A DNA stretch of 64,000 bases, taken from positions 89,032,001 to 89,096,000 of the forward strand of contig OX597816.1 in the NCBI GenBank assembly GCA_951406725.2, written 5' to 3'. A model generated the notes under the pieces. That model was not told where the DNA came from. It worked only from the letters and a program-made list of their open reading frames with translations, and searched no databases. Origin of the DNA: Octopus vulgaris. Its lineage: Eukaryota. Positions within the stretch are counted from its first letter, which is position 1. Each line of letters opens with the position of its first letter. The position numbers were made by a program, and so were the translations under genes. Positions 13,931 to 27,421 of this stretch are shown here, in pieces.

Positions 13931-14938
13931 TGTAAAAGGACTTCTGATAGTCTTGTTGAAATGAACTGAAACACACACAAAGTATAATTTTAAATTAAAT
14001 ATCTGGAAATATCTAACAGTCTAAATGAAATAGATTGAAGACAACCATAGTTATGGCTTTTATAACAAGATGTTTCAAATAAAAAATGATCGCCGATTCC
14101 TTACACGCGTATATATCTTACATTTTGTTCAATACTTGTTTTCCAATTTCATATTTCCAGGTGTTGCTCATTACGTGCTGCACATGTTTAACTTCATGCG
14201 TTATTTCATTGCAGCTTTCCTACATACATATGTGTGTATGAGTGTGCGTGTATATGTGTATGACTGAGTTCCACTGTCTATGAGTAAATAACTTTATATA
14301 CATACATACACACACACGCACACACACTCAGACTGTTAGATATTTCCAGATATTTCATTTAAAATTATATATATGTATGTATATATATATATGTATGTAT
14401 CTATGTATCTCTCTATATATATGCATGGATGTCTGTATGTATGTGTGTGTATGTATATATGTATATATGTATGTATGTAGCTATGTATGTATGTATACAC
14501 GTATGCATGTATGTATAGCAACATCTTCAATTAGTAGTATAGCACTCGATCAGTTAAAAGACTAAAGATATCATTATAATAAAAATAACACAATAAGCTT
14601 TGTTAAATGCATCTTTCCAGAGCTTCCAGAACAAAATATTAATCTTTTTTGCCATTTATAACTGTATAATAATACACAAATAATCATTGAAGACGTACAA
14701 CTGTTATACGCAATGCGCTCTGCTCAAACACTATTCTAAAGTTATCTTTGCATTCAAATATAAATTTATCTCATAATTAATTGTTATACTTAATATCTCT
14801 CTACATCTTCTAAACGCTGATCACATTTCAAACATTATTGTCATTAATCACCAGTAATTCTCCAGAAAAGTCCAAAATAAATGTTTGTGTATTTAAAAGC
14901 CAAAGATACGCGTATATAAACAGTTTTACATCCTTAGA

Positions 14939-15090
<152 letters not shown>

Positions 15091-15120
15091 GTACATATAT
15101 ATAGAGAGAGAGGGGGAAAG

Positions 15121-15517
15121 AGAGATAAGTTATATTAAATCTCTGAGCGAGAGATAAACTAATAGTACGAAATCGTAAAATATATTTGCCAAGTAAATGT
15201 GGCGATCCTATAGATAACAGTGTTACTGTTGTTTTTAGCCCAGGAAGACATCTCCTCCAGCTGGCCAACGACACACATTGACCCAAGTTCCTGGGTGGTA
15301 TCACGTAAGGCTAGAGATGGAAGCGATCACCTCCCTCGCAAATCCTAATCGGACACAGACTGTGTGTCTTTGGCCAGCTGGAGTTGTCATCCTGTGGCTA
15401 AAAACAACAGTAACACCGTCCTATATAGGACCGCCACATTGAGTTGGCAAATATATCTTACGATTCCGTATTGTTAGCGTTTATCGCTCGCTCAGAGATT
15501 TAATATTACTTATCTCT
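15121..15517. repeat. Foldback inverted repeat (~157-bp diverged arms, 83-bp loop) with a third partial copy at ~15580-15631
   Basis: 15121-15277 is approximately the reverse complement of 15361-15517. Confidence 0.85.
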
Positions 15518-15734
15518 GTCTTTACGACATAAGTGATGGGTGTGTCGCTAGAAAAAGGATAAAGTATTTTGTGAGTGGAAACACTGTCCTCTATAGGACC
15601 ACTACATTTAGTTGGCAAATATATTTTACGATATATATATATATGTATACGCGATTATATTTTAATTCTAATATGTAAACAGGATTTGTCATATATATAT
15701 AAATATATATATATATGTGTGTGTGTGCGTGTGC

Positions 15735-15778
<44 letters not shown>

Positions 15779-16149
15779 AGATCTGTGAAACAACGCGTTC
15801 ATATATACATACAGTTTCGTAACGACGTGTGAAAGATAGATGTAGTAATAAATAATTGTTCATACTTCCTCATCGCTTAAAGAAAGTTTCGTAGGAAATA
15901 GCTGTGTCGAAAGACGCATCTACTGTATTCCCGATATTTCTGAGATCATTTACAGAAATGTAACTCTTTGAGGTTCCAGCTTAAACGCTCATATATAACA
16001 AGGGAAAAGGAGAAGAAAGTTTACATTTCGATCGCCATTCGGAGCTTATCCTACGCGTAGTATTATTTGTTGCTATATTGCAATTTGAAGTAGTCCATAA
16101 TTCACACACACATACACACACACACACACACACGCACACATATATCTTT

Positions 16150-16394
16150 TATCGTTTATCTTTTACTTGTTTCGTTCATTACACTGAGGCCATGCCGGGG
16201 CACCGCCACAAAGAATTTCTAGTCGAATGTGTCGACTATAGTACCTTTTTTCCATAAAGCCTGGCATCTATCCTGTAGAACTTGGTTTAAAACCTGATAC
16301 TTATTTTGTCGATCTAGATTATGGGGACATAAACACACCAACACTGGTTGTCAAGCGGTGATGGTGGGACAAACATAGACACAGAGACACATAG

Positions 16395-16400
<6 letters not shown>
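16150..16400 (-). mobile_element. SINE family A, degenerate 3' half
   Basis: The reverse complement contains GGCGGTGCCCCGGCATGGCC...GAAACAAGTAAAA and the CCGCTTGACAACCAGTG body. Confidence 0.7.
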
Positions 16401-16460
<60 letters not shown>

Positions 16461-16506
16461 AATAAGGATAAGACTGTTAGACAAAATAACGATCACACAC
16501 AAACAC

Positions 16507-16537
<31 letters not shown>

Positions 16538-16542
<5 letters not shown>

Positions 16543-16828
16543 ATAGTAAATAAGGTAATAAAATAATTATATTACCAGTGATCTAGCACAAAAGACAAAT
16601 TAGTCATTTGACTATATGTTATTCATATATAAGTACATTAAAAACGTTTTTAATTTTCATTCCATTTCATGAATTTATCCCCTTTTGTGTATCTAGTACA
16701 TGCTTCTTTATTTAGAGGCCTTTTAATGTACTTATATATGAATAACATATAGTCTAATGACTAATTTGTCTTTTGTGCTAGATCACTGGTAATAATAATT
16801 TATTTTATTACCCTATTTACTATGTTTA
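16538..16828. repeat. Foldback inverted repeat (~106-bp arms, 77-bp loop)
   Basis: 16538-16643 is the reverse complement of 16721-16828 with few differences. Confidence 0.9.
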
Positions 16829-17309
16829 AATATTGTTCGGTAAATTTGCTCGTAGACTTTCTACCGGCATGCCCTCTGTTCGCCGGGTATGATTTGCGTC
16901 TGCGCACTGGTCTGAAAAGTTAGGGTATACAGGTCGTTAGAGTTGCACGTGCTTCAAATTATATGTACTTCTCGGGTTGCAAAGGCTGCTTGCTGATGAG
17001 ACTAGCCTAGATTTTTGCAGAGTTTTGAATTCTTTTAAACATTGTTTTGCAATTGCATGATAATGCAGACATAGATTGCCCAAATGTATCAATAAATTAA
17101 CATTGCTATTTTTTTCACCGTTGTTACAATCACCTGAAATGGATCTGTCCCTCATTTTCCACAGGTTTAGTCTTTCTAAGTCTTCTCTTGATCTTCTCGT
17201 GCTTCATTTTCTATCTTTCAAACATCGAACAGCCATGTGCACTCATTCCCTCCATCTATTTCGGTCTTGTGCCTCCCTCTCCCTATCGAAAACTGAAACT
17301 CTTCCCTGG

Positions 17310-17363
<54 letters not shown>

Positions 17364-17475
17364 GGAATAATTACCGTGAAGCATTATGTAGAATATATTG
17401 TATAAAAGATCTTGGGTAAAGCCAAAACAATGCGAAGTAAATGCAAGGTAAATCACAAGCACATATTTGTTTTCT

Positions 17476-17515
17476 TGGTTGGTAAGCAAGCTACTTACCA
17501 CACAGCCACTCCTAC
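17476..17515 (-). mobile_element. SINE family A head fragment
   Basis: The reverse complement equals AGGAGTGGCTGTGTGGTAAGTAGCTTGCTTACCAACCA at ~355-392. Confidence 0.8.
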
Positions 17516-17564
17516 TGTAAAAGTCTATTATTTCTGTATTTTGATAAAAAAAATACGTATATAT

Positions 17565-17639
<75 letters not shown>

Positions 17640-17646
<7 letters not shown>

Positions 17647-17872
17647 TTGTATATGTTTGTGTGTCTGTGTTTGTCCTCCCCCTCAACATCGCTTAACAAC
17701 CGATGCTGTTGTATTTACGTCCCCCTAACTTAGCGATTCGGCAAAAGAGACCAATAGAATAAGTACTAGGCTTACAAAGAATAAGTCCTGGGGTCAATTT
17801 GCTCGACTAAAGGCGGTGCTCCAGCATGGCCGCAGTCAAATGACTGAAACAAGTAAAAGTGTAAAAGAGTAT
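17640..17872 (+). mobile_element. SINE family A, 3' half
   Basis: Highly similar to 550-755, including the tail. Confidence 0.85.
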
Positions 17873-18957
17873 ACATCTACCCAGTTACTAATGCGTAAGC
17901 TTTGACAGTAATTTTCAGTTATATATATTTTCGAAATAATGACACGTATATTTTCATACTATGAGCATGTAGTCTTTACAGCATGCCGACATGCATGTTT
18001 GTACAGTATCAACAGGTGTATTTTCAGCTAATACGTGTTTTCACAGTAATTTTATATATTATTTTTATTGTAGTAATATGTAAGTTACCCTAGGAATATG
18101 TATATTTTCACGACATCAATAAGTATTTCTTCAAAATATTTCTAAGAATAGAATAACATCTCATCTGTGTAAACATTCAACTGTTATCGTGAATCATTTT
18201 TTATTCACCTGACATACTTTTATTCAATTAGACTACTATGTTTTATTATAGATTTCTTATCATGTATGTGTATTTCTATAAATGCTATTCATATTTCACT
18301 AACAAATGTGTGAGGCTATAGCATGAACTCCACAAGGTTATCATATCTCCGAATCAAGTTACGTAACTTTTACTCTGAATAACGACTATATATTGCGCTA
18401 CACTAGTCTTTTTAGATAATAAATATAGATATAAATATATAAATAAATTAGTGGAGTTATGCGTACAAATATTCAATCATTTTTGTATACATCACATAAT
18501 CAAACACTCATACATATGTGTGTATGCATCTGTGAATATATATTTGAATGTATGTATGTATGTAAATATGTATGTATGCATGCATAAATGTATATATGTA
18601 TGTCTGTATGTATGTATGGGTGTGCATATGTATGTGTGTGTGCGTGTGTGTGTGGTATGCATGCATGTATATCGAGAAAGATAGCTGGGGAAATTTAAGC
18701 GGCAGTGGCAGTAGAAACAAAAGTATAATACAATCAAAGTATTATTAAAAAAAGAGAGATAAATAAAAGATATGAGAGCGATTCTTTTGTAAAATAAATA
18801 TAAAGAATATTTCTAGAGCTGCGAACGAAATACTCTGAGAGATGTGGTTAGGTTTGATTACGTTCTGGGGGCAAATAAGTACGTTTTGAATTTTAGAGTG
18901 AATTCTAGATTGAAAAATAACAACAACAATACCAACAACAATATCATCATCATCATC

Positions 18958-19044
<87 letters not shown>

Positions 19045-19079
19045 AATAATATACTGACAAACATATCGAGTACAGAATC

Positions 19080-19780
19080 ATAGAAAATTGATAGACTACA
19101 AAAATATCTTATATAGATTCATGGAAAATTAATATAAATACCTAAGAATCATGAAGAACCAAAAAATTTGTTTTCTGTCTTCAAGGATGCCAATAAATAC
19201 AAAACACAGGCTGCAATATGGAGAATTATGAAAACAATGGGAAAACAACAACAGAAATCCTGAAACAGTTAAAAAATTAGGGCCATGATAAAATTCCATG
19301 TGAACAAAATAGAAATGGATAAAGAAAATTCGCAACATTGGCTGAGGAACACAAGATTCAGAGCAGAGTATAAAGGCTCTTGATTGTTGTACAGCGCCTT
19401 TCCTACCAGAAACCGTTAAAAGCATACAATGAAGCAGAACACAGTATGATTTTGCAGAATATGTAGAGATGGAAAAGAAACAATTCCCCACATTATCTCT
19501 GGTTATCCATTCTCAGCTAAGACAGAATACATCCACAAGTATCACAGATATAAGACTGATATTTCCCAAACCTTAAGGTAAAGGTTACCAAAACACAAAT
19601 CCTATTCTTGTTTATACCAATACGCATTCACAGTGTGATCAAGGATAATTGAGCAGGTAATATTGCCAAGAATGACTACGAAAATAAGGGCTAGCTGATT
19701 GACATTATTATGACTGGTGTTTCTATAGTAAGAACAACAAATTGAAAAGAGGCCTTAAGGTATCAATTGTATATCAAGAC
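19080..19780 (+). mobile_element. Dong/R4-like LINE remnant next to (AAT)n
   Basis: CRICRDGKETIPHIISGYPFSAKTEYIH is homologous to CRICGDGQETINHIISSCPVLAKKEYIH at ~57076. Confidence 0.6.
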
Positions 19781-20334
19781 GGATGATATTTCAACCAGCT
19801 AGGAAAATTTTAATTAACTAGTCACCGTGAGATCAAGATTATGCTAACAATTAAGATTTGAATGGAAATAAAAACAACTTGTCTATTTGAAAATAATAAG
19901 CCAGTAAGAATTTAACAAGTTACACACAGCAGAACATATAAGGAGAAACCCGAGTTTTGAGGGAGAGAAGATTGAATGATGTATCCATAATTAATAAAAC
20001 TATGATAATAAAAATATGGTCAAGTATCCCGAATCTTTTTCACGTGTGAGGAAAGAAATTGAACACAATAAGATGCAAGTGTTGCTGGCACTGGTGCCAT
20101 AATGTTCCTTGTTCAGTGCTCAATAATCAGAAGAGAGGTAGGAGAAAAGGCCAAACTAGCTATCTTCAACTTGACTTTCATGCCTACCCATAGTGTTTCT
20201 GGTTAAATGCTACACGAAACGTTACATAAACTGGTGGTCAGGAGTCACTCCTATCTGCCTTTACTTCTCATGACAGATCATAGCTCGAGGACTATGACGC
20301 TTCTAGTCCCACTATTGTCTCGGGAATAGTGCCC

Positions 20335-20500
20335 TACCTATGAAGACGGATGGATCAATATCCTCAAAGTGATATTCGTAGGTTTTATCTTCTCAAGAAA
20401 AAGGGAGGAGATATATTAAAATGCGAGGAATCGGTAAGAAGTGAAAGAAAAATTTGGTGTTCTCTAAACCTAATGAATGTGACCAGTTGCTGATTGGTGT
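20335..20500 (+). mobile_element. Dong/R4-like LINE fragment
   Basis: YPQSDIRRFYLLKKKGG resembles HPKSDIERLY..R..GGRGL. Confidence 0.45.
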
Positions 20501-21429
20501 CAAAGTTTCGGATGTGATGTACACTGCTAACGATGTTGATAAGCATCTGAAGAGAAGGAAAGGACCATAACGAATGGAAAGGTAATGTATGAACAGTTTG
20601 TCAGAGGTAGTCTGAAGGATATTTGGAGTCGATGCGAAGTCAAACATAGATGTTGGAATTAAGGCATTATTCTGCTCAGCAAAAGAATAATAATTTAAGC
20701 GCCTTTACGTAAGCTTAGAGGTAAAATAGGTGAAAGCGTTAGAACATTGTGAATGAATACAGTAAAGCTTCTCAAGCAGACTGAGAATACTATACGCATT
20801 CATCAATGGAAACTAAGTGAAAAATATAATTTCGAGAGAGCAGATAAGGGATAGGAATATCGACTTAATGCAGTGGAATAGAATTATGAAGATATCAGAT
20901 TTCAGCATTCAGTGTTTGGCTGACACTGAAAACAAAGGAATGGGAGAAGAGATGGTGCCACTCGTGCTCCACAGTCCGAGGGAAATATTGGTACTCTAGT
21001 GTATGGTGTGACTGAATGCGAGATTTATGGCCCGAGATATGGGCGATGATAGGGACCCATGATTAATTGTGAATTTCGGAATAAAGATATGGTGAGCATA
21101 TAAATAATAGAGGGAAAATAGTGGTCGTGAAACGAAAAAGAAATCCAATCAACTTAGGACCATACAAGCTTAACAAACATAAATTAGAGTAGGACTGATA
21201 AGTTATAACCAGGAAGTAACCAGTGGGGAGGAAAGTGCGAATCAATATCCAACTGAGAAACGGTTGTAAGAGGAACTTATTATCCGAAGTCGCAAGACAA
21301 AGAATGGAACTTGGCTATTACTCCCACGAAAGATGCATTGTTTGACCTAGGGCGCGTGCGCTAAGAGGTGGTAGAATAAAACTATTTTATATGCCTGGGT
21401 GATAGTGGTGAGTACCGGCAGCTGAGTCA

Positions 21430-22030
21430 GGATACGGAAGTTAACGGATCGTGGATTATGAAATATCTGGTATCAAGCTGATCTATGTTGCTTTTAAGCA
21501 GGACTCTTGCTGCAATGTGTGTTAGAAGAATCGATTGCTTGCTTTCAATGCCTATGTAAAGAGCCAGTCGTGGAAGGCGCTGGTAGCGGTGAATTGGTGC
21601 AAAAATCATATTTCTGTTTCTGAAAGACCGGATTTTATGTGTGACCGTTCGTGAAATTAGTTGCAGAACTGAATGTTCCAGAAAATTTATAATAGCATGC
21701 AAGATGTTTCACACGTGTTTCTTGTCTATCATTATTCCTTAGTATTTTACATTTCTCTGGATTGAAATTAAAGCCAATCTTTTCGGTGTTCTCTGGCAGT
21801 CTGTGTGTCTTGTCCTGGATATTTTCGCTGGTGTATGATATCAATGCTACGTCGTCCGTGAAGTCGTGATCTTCGAGCGTGCTTGTGAGGCTCCATCTAA
21901 TGTCATTCTTATGACTTTCTGTTGTTCATCACATGACCCAGTTTATCGTCATGAGAAGCAGGAAGCCTAGCAAAACACATCCCTACTTGACTCCATTTGT
22001 AACCTTAAACCATCTAGTCTTCGAGTGCGC
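21430..22030 (-). mobile_element. RTE-clade LINE RT fragment
   Basis: Translates to DIRWSLTSTLEDHDFTDDVALISYTSENIQDKT...NPEKCKIL. Confidence 0.7.
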
Positions 22031-22109
22031 AGTAGTGGACAACGAGGGTTGTTTGGTTGCGCTTCTTGTCTTGTAGAATCCAACTTGCTCTTTCCGGAGT
22101 ACCTGATCT

Positions 22110-22430
22110 GCCCTTCTCCGTATGTTGGAACATAAGGACAATGCTTACCGCAGGTAAAGCAGCTCATGAAGTCCGCGTGATGGTGAGGTATAAATTAGAT
22201 ATGCTAGGCTTGATTGAGGCCAGATGGAAAGGCACAGGACGAGTAACACTCAAAGAAGGCAACACAACGCTACTTTACACAAGAAACGACGACGAACATC
22301 AAGGTAGAGTAGCACTAATGATAAGCAAAGAAGCACTGAGAAGTCTCATGGAAGGGATACCAATAACAAGTAGGGTGATTGGTGTCGGACTCTATTCACA
22401 TGCAAAGAAATTAACAGTTATCATAGAGAG
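22110..22430 (+). mobile_element. RTE-clade LINE APE endonuclease N-terminal fragment
   Basis: Translates to CWNIRTM...YKLDMLGLIEARWKGTG...GRVALMISK. Confidence 0.75.
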
Positions 22431-24231
22431 TAATAAGAAAACTAACTGCGTTGGGCGCTGATCAATTATTATATATCTACAGCATACCTTGCAGCTTTGC
22501 AGCATGCATTCGGTTTTGGTCCGGCATTCAGAAGCTTGAAATCTAATTTTTGAATTGGCATCATTTCATTTGGCACCGTACATTGCTACTTTTTGAAACT
22601 GTTTAGCTTTTCCCGTTAGAAGTGTCAAAATATTTCCCTATCCTAATGCATTAGCAACCTCGGTATTAATCATTGTGTTGTACTTACTTTCTTTAAATAT
22701 TTTATTATATTTATTTAACTATTAGATTATGAAATAACTAAATAACAACAGCAATTCTTTCATTTTACAAACCTTATAGCTAAACAAACTTTGACAGTAA
22801 TAACCTACGTATTTCTGCCACTTAATAATAACAAACATTTTCCCACTGAAAAATAAATAAGACACAAAACATCAATATGTGTAACCTGTAAAAATTTCTA
22901 GATCACACGTCTGAAGTAATTCTGTCGGCTGATCGGAAAACAAATATCGAAAGGAATATCTAATGAAAAATGCGATTAGTTATTGCGTGAAACCGTTTTC
23001 ATGACGCCATGCATCGATCGTTTCTTAAAGAACAGAACAGTTCAATAAAAGATGACAACCAAACGAGAATTCAACACAGAATTAAAATAAATAATGATTT
23101 CTTTAAAAAAAAATAATTAAAATATATGCACAAATAATTGTATTCAAATAAAAAGAGAACAATCTCAGGTGAATATTATTTAAAAGAATAGAATTCTCAA
23201 TGAGTAATGAGTTAAATTGTTCATTATGTAATTTATTTTTTCTTCAGTTTTTATTTTCATTTTTCAATTTCAACTACTTAATATTCTAAATTACTTCGAA
23301 AATACTTTTAAAATATTTTTTCGAATAAGAAATCCATACATTGAAATCAGTTTCTATTCACAACTATTTAAATTTAAGTGATCAGCCACGACAACAGATT
23401 AATTTGAGTTGCATGATTTATATTGTACTAGGTTTACAAGAAGCGAATAATTGATTGGCAAACAAAACGAATAATACTATTTTCTGAAGACGGATATTTA
23501 GCTAACTAAACACTATATATAACTTGGAAAGTTGAAATAACCACAAAAACTCTTGTTTTTCTTTTTTACTTTTCTTTTTTTTTTTCTAATTATAACTGCA
23601 GTAATAAATTTGTGACGAGTGCTGTAGAATAAAAGGTTATACCTTCGCAATTGTGTTTTCACATCCAGTAATCGAATCCCGGTGCGAGTGACAAACAAAG
23701 AACTGTCAACTATTTCCCCATTAGTCTTAACTATTTAGACAGCTTGGCAATTATACAATTAAGTCATTTCGCGGTCTAGTGTCTCGTCCACAGAAATCCA
23801 TTCTGTGACTATTTGATACTAAGACAAAAAGCACAGAAGTATCTTATTCAGATCAAAAGACATAGAACAACAAAAGGTCCTAATACGAAGACCAATGTGC
23901 AAAAGACAAAGTCATTACTCAAGCTATGACAGCATGGTCTTGTTTCTTTTTGTTATTTTCTTTTTGGTTTGACCGGTTTTGTAATGAATCATTATAACTA
24001 CTTGTAATGGCATGATGCCAAATTACATTGCGCAATACCTAACAGAAGTTAATAACAATATGGAATTGAAACCCTACTAAATTTCAACAACGAAGTTAAA
24101 ATAGTTCTCGACACTGTTAGTACAAATAACATTTCACTATACTTTTATATACCTACATAGATACATACACACATGCACACACTCACACACATATATGTAT
24201 GTGTGTGTTTGTGTAAATATATATATACATG

Positions 24232-25347
24232 CAGGGTGCGTAAGATATTTGAGGATAGATTTATATTTATTAAAAAAAATTATGATAACAGATAATAACT
24301 TTATTTATCAAAAGATGCTTTGGGGATAAAAATAAACCTTCTTTCCTATAACGTTATTCAATAAAACCACCTGCAGCCTCAGCAACTGCTTCTATATGAG
24401 ATCTAAATCATCTACATGCTCGAATCAAGTTGTCCTGGCTGATTTGGGACTTTATTCTGACAATGGCAGCTTTCAAAGAAGCTCTGGTATTATGGACCTG
24501 TTCATTAACCTCTATCTCAACAACGCTCCATATATGTAATAGTCCAACGAATTGAGATCTGCAGAATTAGGAGGCCAAATTTTAGGAGTTAGGTGATTAT
24601 GAACATTTTCAGGCATCCATTCTCGTGTTACTGTGATAGCGCAGAGTCTTACTGAAACACACATGTCCTTCCATTGCATAAACGGTCTATCCAAGACTTA
24701 ACAATTGTTTCCAGGACTTCAATGTAGGCGGCAGAATTAAATTTAAGGCCTTGTGGATAGACGTAAGGAGGTATTACATGTCCTTCATTGCTGATAAAAT
24801 CTAAAACCATGACAGTTGCTGGAAATTTTGTAAACATAGCACTTCGAACTTCAGATCTGATGTAGTGATTTTCTTTTGCTTTTTCTGATAAACTGACATT
24901 TCCGCATCATATAAGACTTGTATCTGATGATTTCATGGACAACATTTCTGACTGTTCCTTCTGACACAATGAGATCTTTTGCAATTGACCTCATGGACTT
25001 TCTGGGATTGTAATCAATGGTCTGTTGAACTTGCTGAATAAATTCAAGTATTCTAATGATTTCAGAGCGTTTTGAATGCCTTTTATGCTTTGATACTGGT
25101 GATAAGTTTCCATCTTCAGTCTCTAACTCCTTACAAACCTTGTAGACAAAAGATCTGGCAACTGTTAAAAGTCAAAATATTTCTAAATCACTATGCTCAG
25201 TCTTCATAACCACAATAATAGCATTGCTCTTCATTTCTTGAGTAAGCTGAGGGTCTGCCATTATTATTTTCTGAAACAAAGATTATACAGAGCTAGCAAA
25301 AAATGCAGCAATGACCCAAAAATGTATGTCCTCAAATACCTTACCTG
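24232..25347 (-). mobile_element. Tc1/mariner-superfamily transposon (DD37D/maT-like), decayed
   Basis: Motifs KFPATVMVL, YIEVLETIVK, FQ*DSA and WPPNSADLNSLDY; degenerate TIRs containing TAAG(A/G)TATTTGAGGA. Confidence 0.8.
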
Positions 25348-26050
25348 AATATATATATATAAGCACATGCATGCACACTAACACACACATATCTGTGTGC
25401 ACGTGTGTGAGAAAGTGTGAGTGCAAGTATATTTGTGTATATGTTTGTATATGTACTGAAAAAAAGGTATGCACACTATGGAAAACACATAGTAATGGTC
25501 AAATGATTTAAATGCAGACTCTAGAACTTGGGCCATAATGCCAACAGTGGGTTTGAGAGAAATTCTGATGTAGATAAATACAATAATAAACTACTCCCAC
25601 ATATGATTAAGTTGAAGCATGTTTAAGGAATTTAACTAAAAGAAGGTTGTCACCACTATTAACTGTAGAATAGTCTTTCTTTTTATCAGAGTATTGCTTA
25701 AATACTAGCAAGCAATACTCATATGGAAATGTCAAATAACACATAACATATATACTAAAACACTAACCATCATTGGCAAAAGATAAAATCAGTAATTAAA
25801 AAATAAAACATCAGAATTGGGCAAACAATTTTATATCGTCCCCATATATTCAGAACGTTGAACATAAATAAATACATATTAAAATACAAGGGCGTTCAGC
25901 ACACAAAACCCGAAAGTATAAGAGCATTCATATATATATACATATACAAAACGTGTGAAAAACCTGTAAAGAACGACGCGTATGAAGGCGTTTGAAGAAA
26001 ATACATGATGAAAATATGAATATACATATAGCAAGGCGACCACAAATTAA

Positions 26051-26110
<60 letters not shown>

Positions 26111-26123
26111 ATGTATGTGTGTA

Positions 26124-26173
<50 letters not shown>

Positions 26174-26245
26174 GAGATTGCTAAATCATTTAAGGTAAAA
26201 GGAATCCAGCATAATGTCGATCGTAAAGTGCAAGAATGAATTCAA

Positions 26246-26328
26246 GTCTACGGTCGTTTCAGGAGCCACTGCCACAATCCATCAACACATTAAAACACAA
26301 AAACCGGCAATGGCCCCTTCATCAGGAA
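26246..26328 (-). ncRNA. Type I hammerhead ribozyme motif
   Basis: The minus strand reads CTGATGA-AGGGGCCATTGCC...GGCAGTGGCTCCT-GAAAC-GACC-GTA. Stem II is 13 bp with two G-U pairs; stem I is only 2 bp. Confidence 0.65.
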
Positions 26329-27298
26329 AACTATCTTTTATTTTTTAACCACTATTTGACCACTAAATCCACAATTTTTTTTTCTATTCTCTCTCTATCT
26401 ATTGTCTCTTATTCCTATCTGTTGAAGAGTGTAGGCTCGAAACTTAAAAGACGTTCTCACTTCCTGAGTGTCAAACTAATACACCTGCTTATTGTTCATA
26501 CACCTGTCTTCGTCTTATGTTTTTTTGTAAATTTCAACTGTATACATATATAACCTATCCTCCGACGGTAAAACACTACAATAAATTCCCAATATCAAGC
26601 ATCTAAAAAATAATAAAAACAATTTTTAAACGAATTAAATAACATTAGCTTTAGGTAAAGAAAATTGTCGAGGATATAGCATGAGCTATAGCATTCCATA
26701 AAATGAGCATAAAATGAAGCCTGCAATGTTCTAATTCTGAAAGATAAATATTTTCCAGTACTCATAAATTTCAGAAACGTTTCAATGCTAGCTGCATTTG
26801 ATGCGATGATGTTGCATTTAAAATATGTTCATACAATAATATCATAGAAAATGTAACACTTTAACCCAACCAACAGAGACCAATAAAGACACTAGCTCTT
26901 GTCTGTTTGACAGCAAAATCGATTATCCAACCTTAGTTAATTTGCGTTAAATACCAATTTTTTAAATAAAATTATAGCTGTTTAAAAATTCAAACAGCTT
27001 CCTAACCAAGTGTGCAGATTGATATGTGAATTGATGACGGATACAACAGTAATAAAAAGGTGGGAATAACATGTCAGTTTAGTTAAGAATTGCTTCCGAA
27101 CATCTTCCGACATCTTTTGTTTTATAAATGTGACAATGGATATATTGACACACAAACGTACACGCGTACACGCACATATGCATATGAGTTTACAATTCAT
27201 ATCATATATTATATGTATGTACGCATGCATTATGTCTGTATGTGCATGCATGTATGTGCGTGTGTGCGTATGTGTGTGTGTAGCAAATGTTGTTATAT

Positions 27299-27367
27299 AT
27301 CACCAGTCACAATACACCTCGCTTTCGAGAGTCGAGTGATGCTACCTCGTTGACCATGGATGGTCAA

Positions 27368-27369
<2 letters not shown>
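27299..27369 (-). repeat. ~70-bp structured interspersed repeat (copies 29301-29375 and partial 29122-29148)
   Basis: Inverted homology to 29301-29375. Confidence 0.8.
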
Positions 27370-27403
<34 letters not shown>

Positions 27404-27421
27404 AAAGTATGTATGTATATG

